Source: Hyphomicrobiales bacterium (GTDB lineage Bacteria > Pseudomonadota > Alphaproteobacteria > Rhizobiales > OSC116). Taken from it: a stretch of DNA of 64,000 nucleotides. This document shows, one piece after another, positions 58,101 to 64,000 of the stretch. How positions within the stretch are numbered: position 1 is the stretch's first letter; each line of letters begins with the position of its first letter. The notes under the pieces were generated by a model that ran no database searches, was not told the origin of the DNA, and saw only the letters and a list, made by a program, of their open reading frames with translations. A program made the position numbers and the translations under genes. The DNA lies in NCBI GenBank assembly GCA_013214705.1, contig JABSRZ010000003.1:401443-465442 (forward strand), in the 5' to 3' direction.

Positions 58101-58949
58101 ATGCCGATGAGATCATTATTATTTGTGCCTGCTGACGATGCAAAAAAGCAACAAAAAGCCTTGGCCAGTGCCGCCGATGCGATTATTTTGGACATGGAAG
58201 ACAGCGTTGCGGCTGCCAATAAAATCAAAGCCCGGCAAACAATTGCTGAGTTTTATCGCCAATTGTCGAGTGATAAAATAATCATCATTCGCATCAATGC
58301 GTTAGATACCGATCTTTGGCAGGCTGATATGCAGGCCATATTAACGCATGCGCCAGATTATATCCTCATTCCCAAAGCCCGCTCTGGTGCAGATGTCACG
58401 ACGATAAACGAGCTTATTAAATCCAACCCTAAAGCTGCCATCAAGACTCAAATCATCGCTTTGGTGACAGAATTGCCAGAATCGATATTCAACATTGCCA
58501 GCTTTAAAAATAGTGGAGACGCATTGGCTGGCTTGACATGGGGGGCAGAAGACCTGTCGGCAGAAATAGGCGCACAAACCAATAAAGACAAAAATGGAGT
58601 TTATTTTCCGGTTTATCAAATGGCCAGATCCTTTTGTTTGCTTGGTGCGGCGCATGCCGAGGTGCCGGCGATAGATTCTGTATTCACCAATTTTAAAGAC
58701 CTTGAGGGCTTAAAAGCCGAGGCGGAACGCGCTAGAATAGAGGGGTTTCGAAGTAAAATGCTGATTCACCCGTGCCAAATTGCGACCGTCAATGAGGTGT
58801 TTAAGCCGAGCGAGGCCGAAATCAACCATGCCAAACGAGTGATAGAGGCCATCGAAAATTCGGCCAGCGGTGGCGTGGCGCAACTTAATGGTGAGATGAT
58901 AGACCAACCGCATTATAAACGCGCGCTTAACCTCATTAAACAATTATAA
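58101..58949 (+). CDS. HpcH/HpaI aldolase - citrate lyase beta (CitE)-like acyl-CoA lyase
   Basis: CitE-like blocks (RSLLFVPADD, ILDMEDSV, G..WGAEDLSAE.G). It starts 10 nt downstream of the MaoC gene. Confidence 0.8.
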   Translation: MPMRSLLFVPADDAKKQQKALASAADAIILDMEDSVAAANKIKARQTIAEFYRQLSSDKIIIIRINALDTDLWQADMQAILTHAPDYILIPKARSGADVTTINELIKSNPKAAIKTQIIALVTELPESIFNIASFKNSGDALAGLTWGAEDLSAEIGAQTNKDKNGVYFPVYQMARSFCLLGAAHAEVPAIDSVFTNFKDLEGLKAEAERARIEGFRSKMLIHPCQIATVNEVFKPSEAEINHAKRVIEAIENSASGGVAQLNGEMIDQPHYKRALNLIKQL

Positions 58950-58964
58950 TATCGGCCTATAGTT

Positions 58965-60407
58965 TTAAATGTGGATGGCCTCTCCCAACGCCATCATCGC
59001 GCTTTCCATAAACGCTTCGCCCATGGTTGGGTGGGCGTGGATGGTGTCGGCAATGTCTTCTAGCCGTGCAGACATTTCTAACGCCAGCGCAAATTCACCG
59101 GCCAATTCGCTGATATGCGCCCCCACCGCTTGAATGCCTAATATTAGATGATTGTCTGCCCGGGCAATCACCCGGACAAAGCCGCCATCGCCGCCCATTT
59201 GCTGCGACAACGCCCGGCCGTTGGCCACAAATGGAAAATTGCCAATTTTTACCTCGATATTTTTATCTTTTGCTTGTTGTAAAGTCATGCCAACGCTGAC
59301 AATTTCGGGGTCGGTAAAACAAATTGCGGCGATGGATGTTGGCGCAAATTCACGGGTTTTGCCGGTGATAATCTCGGAAACAATTTCGCCTTGGGTGGTG
59401 GCTTTATGCTCTAGCATTGGTTCACCAACTATGTCGCCAATTGCCCAGACATTGCGCATACTAGTGCGGCATTTATTATCAATTTTTATGAATTTTTTAT
59501 CGTCCGTTAAGTCAACCCCCATATGCTCCAAACCCCAGCCAAACAAGTTGGCTTGCCGGCCAATTGTGACCAGTATTTTATCGCAGTCAAGGCTGATTAT
59601 GTCATCATTTGCTGATTTTATTTCAAGCTGCTGGTTTTGGTTCAGACCAATGGCCGAGCTGTTCAGGAATATATCGACATTATATTTTTTTAGGCTGGCC
59701 ACAACTGGCCTAACCAGTTGTTTATCAAAGCTTGGCAAAATTGCATCGCCCATTTCGACAAAGCTAACTTTACTGCCCAATTTGGCATAGGCTAAACCTA
59801 ATTCTACGCCGATATATCCCGCACCAATAATGGCTAGTGTTTTCGGGACTGTTTGCAGGCAAAGCGCCTCGGTCGAATCAATCACTTTTCCGCCAAATGG
59901 CAGCGAAGGCAATGGCATAATTTTTGAGCCAGTGGCCAAAATAACATGCTCGGCGGTGAGTTCTAATGTTTCAATTTTATTGGTTGCATCTTTGGTTTCA
60001 ACCATGCAGGCCTTGGCATTGTGAAATTTTGCCCAGCCTTTGATGACAGTGACGCCAGCACGCTTTAGCAGGCCTTCGACGCCTTGGCTTAACTGGTTGA
60101 CGACAGAATCCTTCCAGCCTTGGGTTTTTGCATAATCTAACTTTACTGGCTGGCTAAAGTCTATGCCTAGTTCGGACACCGAGTGCGGCGATGTGGTTTG
60201 CAATTTGGCATATTGACCAGCCGCGTGGATGATGGCTTTGGAGGGAATGCAACCGCGAATGAGGCAAGTGCCGCCCATGCGATCGGCCTCTACTAAAATT
60301 ACTTTTTTGCCCAATTTACTGGCTCTAATGGCCGCCACATAACCACCTGGGCCACCGCCGACCACCAAGACATCACATGATATATGTTCAATATTTTCGC
60401 TAACCAT
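58965..60407 (-). CDS. lpd: Dihydrolipoyl dehydrogenase (E3)
   Basis: The FAD fold VVGGGPGGY, the redox disulfide GGTCLIRGCIPSK, and the C-terminal HAHPTMGE. Confidence 0.93.
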   Translation of the reverse strand: MVSENIEHISCDVLVVGGGPGGYVAAIRASKLGKKVILVEADRMGGTCLIRGCIPSKAIIHAAGQYAKLQTTSPHSVSELGIDFSQPVKLDYAKTQGWKDSVVNQLSQGVEGLLKRAGVTVIKGWAKFHNAKACMVETKDATNKIETLELTAEHVILATGSKIMPLPSLPFGGKVIDSTEALCLQTVPKTLAIIGAGYIGVELGLAYAKLGSKVSFVEMGDAILPSFDKQLVRPVVASLKKYNVDIFLNSSAIGLNQNQQLEIKSANDDIISLDCDKILVTIGRQANLFGWGLEHMGVDLTDDKKFIKIDNKCRTSMRNVWAIGDIVGEPMLEHKATTQGEIVSEIITGKTREFAPTSIAAICFTDPEIVSVGMTLQQAKDKNIEVKIGNFPFVANGRALSQQMGGDGGFVRVIARADNHLILGIQAVGAHISELAGEFALALEMSARLEDIADTIHAHPTMGEAFMESAMMALGEAIHI

Positions 60408-61693
60408 TACACATCTCCCATAAATAAGGTGGCAGGCACTTCGAGCAAGCTTTTGATATATTGCACAAATTGCGCACCATCATAACCATCGACAATGCGG
60501 TGATCGAAAGAGGCCGAAATATTCATCATTTTGCGAATGACAATTTCGCCATTAAATACCATTGGCCGCTCAACCAATTTATTGTTGCCGATGATGCAGA
60601 CCTCTGGCGCATTGATGATGGGAGTGGTGACAATGCCGCCCATTTTACCCAAAGAGGTGATGGTGATGGTTGAACCAGTCAGTTCATCGCGCGTGGCGGT
60701 TAGGGTTCGGGCTTTATCTGCCAATTCAACAATTTTATCGGCATAACCCCATATATCCATGGCTTCGGCATGTTTTATCACCGGCACCATTAACCCATTG
60801 GGGGTGTTGGCCGCCATGCCAAAATGCACTGGCTCAAATTGTTTAATCAGTTGGTTTTTTGCATCATAATGCGCGTTAACTTGCGGATATTTGGCCACAG
60901 CTTTAACGATGGCCTGCATCAAAAATGGCAATAATGTTAATTTGGGTTGGGCTTCAGAGCGCTCGGCATTTAGTTGGCCGCGCAATTTTTCTAAATCGGT
61001 CAAATCGACTTCTTCGACATAGGTATAATGCGGTATGCGCAGTTTGGAAATTTCCATCGCTTCGGCAATTTTACGCCTGACACCGCGCATTGGAATTTCG
61101 GCAATTGCGGTTTTTATGACCTTGCCGGGGACGTGTTCGCCAGATGATGGCAATTGATGAACAACCTGCGAAATATAGGTGCCCCCAGAAGCAATAAAGC
61201 CATCTAAATCGGCATGGGTTAGGCGGCCAGCAGGGCCAGAACCGACAATTAGACCCAAGTCGATATCCTCATCGGCAGCCCGGCGGCGCAATGAAGGCGA
61301 GGCCAATATATCGCCGTTAATGGCTTCAGCAGGCATCGGTTTTGCGGAAGATGCTTTTGAAATATTGACGTCTTTTGGCATGCTAGTGGGCGCAGGCGGC
61401 ACAACTTCGTGGCTGCTGGCAGAAACCGAGGATGACGCAATGTTTGGCTGGTCTGAAACTTCAAAACTAATGAGGGCTTCACCAACATTTATAATGTCGC
61501 CCACAGCGCCTGCTATTTTTATAATTTTACCATCAACTGGTGATGGCAATTCGACTGTGGCTTTGTCAGTCATCATGGCGATTAAAACATCGTCTTCCTC
61601 GACCACTTGCCCGACTTTAACGTGTAGCTCGACAATTTCAGAGGTCACGACCCCTTCGCCCAAATCTGGCAATAAAAAATCAAAAACAGCCAT
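60407..61693 (-). CDS. bkdB: Branched-chain alpha-keto acid dehydrogenase E2 (dihydrolipoamide acyltransferase)
   Basis: The lipoyl attachment motif MTDKATVELPSP, a peripheral subunit-binding domain, and the catalytic SFDHRIVDG. Confidence 0.9.
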   Translation of the reverse strand: MAVFDFLLPDLGEGVVTSEIVELHVKVGQVVEEDDVLIAMMTDKATVELPSPVDGKIIKIAGAVGDIINVGEALISFEVSDQPNIASSSVSASSHEVVPPAPTSMPKDVNISKASSAKPMPAEAINGDILASPSLRRRAADEDIDLGLIVGSGPAGRLTHADLDGFIASGGTYISQVVHQLPSSGEHVPGKVIKTAIAEIPMRGVRRKIAEAMEISKLRIPHYTYVEEVDLTDLEKLRGQLNAERSEAQPKLTLLPFLMQAIVKAVAKYPQVNAHYDAKNQLIKQFEPVHFGMAANTPNGLMVPVIKHAEAMDIWGYADKIVELADKARTLTATRDELTGSTITITSLGKMGGIVTTPIINAPEVCIIGNNKLVERPMVFNGEIVIRKMMNISASFDHRIVDGYDGAQFVQYIKSLLEVPATLFMGDV

Positions 61694-61696
61694 ATT

Positions 61697-62716
61697 CTAT
61701 GCCTCCATAATGCGGTTTATGGCATTGGTTATACGCTTCGGCCCGGGGAAATATTCCCACTCAAAAGCATGTGGGTACGGTATGTCCCAGCCCGTCACCC
61801 GCTCTATCGGCGCGCGCAATTTCCAAAAACAATTCTCTTGAATGATCGACAAAATTTCGGCACCAAAGCCGCCAGTTTTTGTCGCCTCATGGGCAACCAG
61901 GCAGCGGCCGGTTTTATTGACGCTGTTAATTATAGTGTCATTATCTATCGGAGCGAGGCTGCGCAAATCAATAATTTCGGCATCAACACCGGCCATTTTA
62001 ACCGCTGTTTCAACCACATGCACCATGGTGCCATAAGTGATGATGGTTAAATCCTCTCCTGCGCGGGTGATGGCGGCTTTGCCGAATGGTATGGTGTAGT
62101 GGCCTTCTGGCACTTCGCCTTTTTCATGGCTGTCCCAGCCTACAGAGGGTTTATCTGGCTCGCCATAAAATGGCCCATTATACAATCGCTTTGGTTCAAA
62201 AAATATCACCGGGTCATTGCTTTGGATGGCGCTAATGAGCAAGCCTTTTGCGTCATAAGGGTTTGAGGGCATGATCACATGTATGCCGGTTACATGGGTG
62301 AAAATACCCTCGGGGCTTTGGCTGTGAGTTTGGCCACCACGAATGCCGCCGCCACAAGGTGTGCGAATGGTTAAGTTGGTTGAATATTCGCCGCCGCTCC
62401 GGTAGCGAAGCTTCGCCGCCTCGGAGGCAATTTGGTCGAAAGCCGGGTAAATATAATCGGCAAATTGAATTTCGGCGATCGGCCTCAAGCCATTGAGAGA
62501 CATGCCAATAGCAGCGGCGACAATGCCATTTTCTGAAATGGGGGTATCAAACACTCTATTGCTGCCAAACTCGGCTTGTAGGCCTTCGGTGGCTCTAAAT
62601 ACGCCGCCAAAATACCCAATATCTTGGCCTAAAATGACCACTTTATCATCGCGTGCCAACATGGTTTTTTGGGCTGACAATATGGCTTCTAACATGTTCA
62701 TCTGTGCCATAATCAA
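61697..62716 (-). CDS. bkdA2: Branched-chain alpha-keto acid dehydrogenase E1 beta subunit
   Basis: A transketolase-like pyrimidine-binding plus C-terminal domain of typical E1-beta sequence. It overlaps the E1-alpha stop. Confidence 0.9.
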   Translation of the reverse strand: MIMAQMNMLEAILSAQKTMLARDDKVVILGQDIGYFGGVFRATEGLQAEFGSNRVFDTPISENGIVAAAIGMSLNGLRPIAEIQFADYIYPAFDQIASEAAKLRYRSGGEYSTNLTIRTPCGGGIRGGQTHSQSPEGIFTHVTGIHVIMPSNPYDAKGLLISAIQSNDPVIFFEPKRLYNGPFYGEPDKPSVGWDSHEKGEVPEGHYTIPFGKAAITRAGEDLTIITYGTMVHVVETAVKMAGVDAEIIDLRSLAPIDNDTIINSVNKTGRCLVAHEATKTGGFGAEILSIIQENCFWKLRAPIERVTGWDIPYPHAFEWEYFPGPKRITNAINRIMEA

Positions 62717-63969
62717 AGCCCCATTTCTTGGCGTTGTCTCAGTAAATTTAGCGGCATGTCTTCGTACACATCTTCAAACATGGTGGTCACATCTGGCCGA
62801 TCTCCAGATTTTAGAGTGCCGTAACTTTCTGCCTGTTTATAATTTTGTTTCATTTCGGTTTTAATGTCTTCAATCAATGTTTCATGTTGAGTTTCTGACC
62901 ATTGATTCAGGTTGATTAAATGAGTTTTTAACCGGTCAATGGGGTCGCCCAGCGGCCAAAAGTCTGGTTCATTTTTCGGCCGATAGGCTGATGGATCATC
63001 CGATGATGAATGCGGCGCCACGCGATAGGTGAAATATTCGATGACAGTTGCCCCCAGCCCGGCACGCGCCCGCGCGGCCGCCCATTTTGTGGCTGCATAG
63101 ACCGCCAAAAAGTCGTTACCATCTACCCGTAAACTTGGCAAGCCAAAGCCAATTCCGCGAGCGGCAAAAGTGGTTTTTTCGCCACCAGCAACCACTTGAT
63201 TGCTAGAGATTGCCCATTGATTATTGGTAATGTTTAAAATAACCGGCGGGCTGAAAGCGGTAGCAAATGTAAGCGCAGAATGAAAATCTAATTCGGCGGT
63301 GCTGCCTTCGCCAACAAAGGCGGATGCCACGCGGCCACCACCTTGTTGAGCTTCGGCCATTGCCCAGCCAACGGCTTGGCTAAATTGAGTCGCCAAATTG
63401 CCTGAAATGGAGAAAAAGTTACCCTTTTTCCAGCTATACATAATGGGCAATTGCCGGCCTTTGCAATTGTCACGCGCGTTAGATAGGCATTGGCACATCA
63501 TATCCACAAGGCTGTAACCTCGCGCGATCAAAATGCCTTGATTGCGGTAGGATGGAAACACCATGTCGGCAAAATTTATGGCGGCCGCATGCGCCACGCT
63601 GATAGCTTCCTCGCCGGTGGATTTCATATAAAATGATATTTTGCCGACCCGGTGCATCATCTGCATCCGCTCATCAAACATGCGGGTGACCAACATATCT
63701 TTGAGGCCTTTTACTAGCACATGCGGCTCTATGGTGCTGTTCCAATTGCCAGCGGCATTGCCATCATCATCCAAAACCCGAATAAGGCCATAAGCCAACC
63801 CCCGCATTTCATGCGGATTGGTGTCAATTGCCGGGCATTCGGCTTGCTCTACATTGGGTATGTTTAGGTTAGAAAAATCATTAAATTCATCTGGCCGTGC
63901 AGTCGGTTGCGGCACATGTAGTTTATTTAACGAGTTGACAATATTAGATTGATTTTGCTTTTTAGCCAT
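62713..63969 (-). CDS. bkdA1: Branched-chain alpha-keto acid dehydrogenase E1 alpha subunit
   Basis: A ThDP-binding region (..FVGEGSTAE.DFH.AL.FA..PVI..ITNNQWAIS) and its position as first gene of the E1a-E1b-E2-E3 operon. Confidence 0.9.
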   Translation of the reverse strand: MAKKQNQSNIVNSLNKLHVPQPTARPDEFNDFSNLNIPNVEQAECPAIDTNPHEMRGLAYGLIRVLDDDGNAAGNWNSTIEPHVLVKGLKDMLVTRMFDERMQMMHRVGKISFYMKSTGEEAISVAHAAAINFADMVFPSYRNQGILIARGYSLVDMMCQCLSNARDNCKGRQLPIMYSWKKGNFFSISGNLATQFSQAVGWAMAEAQQGGGRVASAFVGEGSTAELDFHSALTFATAFSPPVILNITNNQWAISSNQVVAGGEKTTFAARGIGFGLPSLRVDGNDFLAVYAATKWAAARARAGLGATVIEYFTYRVAPHSSSDDPSAYRPKNEPDFWPLGDPIDRLKTHLINLNQWSETQHETLIEDIKTEMKQNYKQAESYGTLKSGDRPDVTTMFEDVYEDMPLNLLRQRQEMGL

Positions 63970-64000
63970 CCTGACCCCTCCACTAACCAGATTTATTTGA

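Noticed and set aside
59152-59790. A 212-aa plus-strand ORF inside lpd. Similar long antisense ORFs lie at 61179-61841 (in bkdB), 457-999 (in livF) and 15184-15699 (in the kinase gene).
   Set aside because: All lie antisense to genes with unambiguous conserved motifs and have no motifs of their own. They are shadow ORFs.
1-64000. A whole-window check for rRNA, tRNA, CRISPR arrays, IS elements/transposases, integrases, phage genes and toxin-antitoxin or known defence-system genes
   Set aside because: None was recognised. Every ORF over 100 aa that is not antisense to a better gene is accounted for by metabolic, transport, regulatory or envelope functions. There are no direct-repeat/spacer arrays and no tRNA-like cloverleaf signatures. 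This was done by eye, so covariance-model scans (tRNAscan/Infernal) are still advisable.

Overview
This 64-kb window is densely coding chromosomal DNA from a moderately AT-rich proteobacterium. The gene content looks alphaproteobacterial (MerR-type LiuR, DUF1127, egtBD), but the taxon cannot be verified from sequence alone. I saw no rRNA, tRNA, CRISPR array, transposase or integrase.

Gene content, left to right:
- 1-2.8 kb: the tail of a branched-chain amino-acid ABC transporter (livG', livF, a small coupled membrane protein, livK-like binding protein).
- 2.9-3.55 kb: two abutting remnants of a sugar ABC transporter.
- 3.6-18.4 kb: a visibly more AT-rich Wzx/Wzy-type polysaccharide island. 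It has a flippase, two Wzy_C/O-antigen-ligase-like proteins, four glycosyltransferases, manB, a small priming sugar transferase, an orphan secreted Ala/Val-rich protein, a PPP-family metallophosphatase next to a Wzc/ExoP-type tyrosine autokinase, and one hypothetical gene.
- 18.4-19.7 kb: two decayed genes, an FAH-family fragment and a LysR pseudogene.
- 19.8-21.6 kb: a TauE/SafE exporter plus a CuyA/DcyD-family PLP lyase.
- 22.7-25.3 kb: a LysR-flanked DUF427-egtB-egtD (ergothioneine) operon.
- 25.4-30.2 kb: a redox/electrophile cluster (MATE, hemerythrin-like, GST, WrbA, VOC, LysR).
- 30.5-32.6 kb: a Cache-type chemoreceptor.
- 32.7-46.8 kb: a large inositol catabolism/uptake locus (phyH-like, iolG, iolJ-like, iolB, iolC, iolD, three Gfo/Idh/MocA dehydrogenases in all counting iolG, an iolE-like TIM barrel, a LacI regulator and an ABC transporter). 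A 16-bp perfect palindrome occurs in both divergent promoter regions.
- 46.9-52.3 kb: a DUF1127 mini-protein, a THUMP RNA methyltransferase and a 1163-aa hybrid histidine kinase with a duplicated CHASE3 sensor.
- 52.3-57.5 kb: a leucine-catabolism operon (mccA-liuR-ivd-mccB). It lacks the canonical hydratase and lyase and sits divergent to a MaoC-dehydratase/CitE-like-lyase pair (57.6-58.9 kb).
- 59.0-64.0 kb: the branched-chain keto-acid dehydrogenase operon (bkdA1-bkdA2-bkdB-lpd).

The most interesting leads are all inference, not demonstrated:
- A BY-kinase paired with a PPP-type phosphatase instead of Wzb or a PHP phosphatase.
- A DUF427 gene translationally coupled to egtB-egtD.
- A MaoC + CitE pair as a possible non-orthologous replacement for LiuC/LiuE.
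- A PhyH-family dioxygenase as the terminal gene of the iol operon.
- The polysaccharide island inserted between gene remnants.
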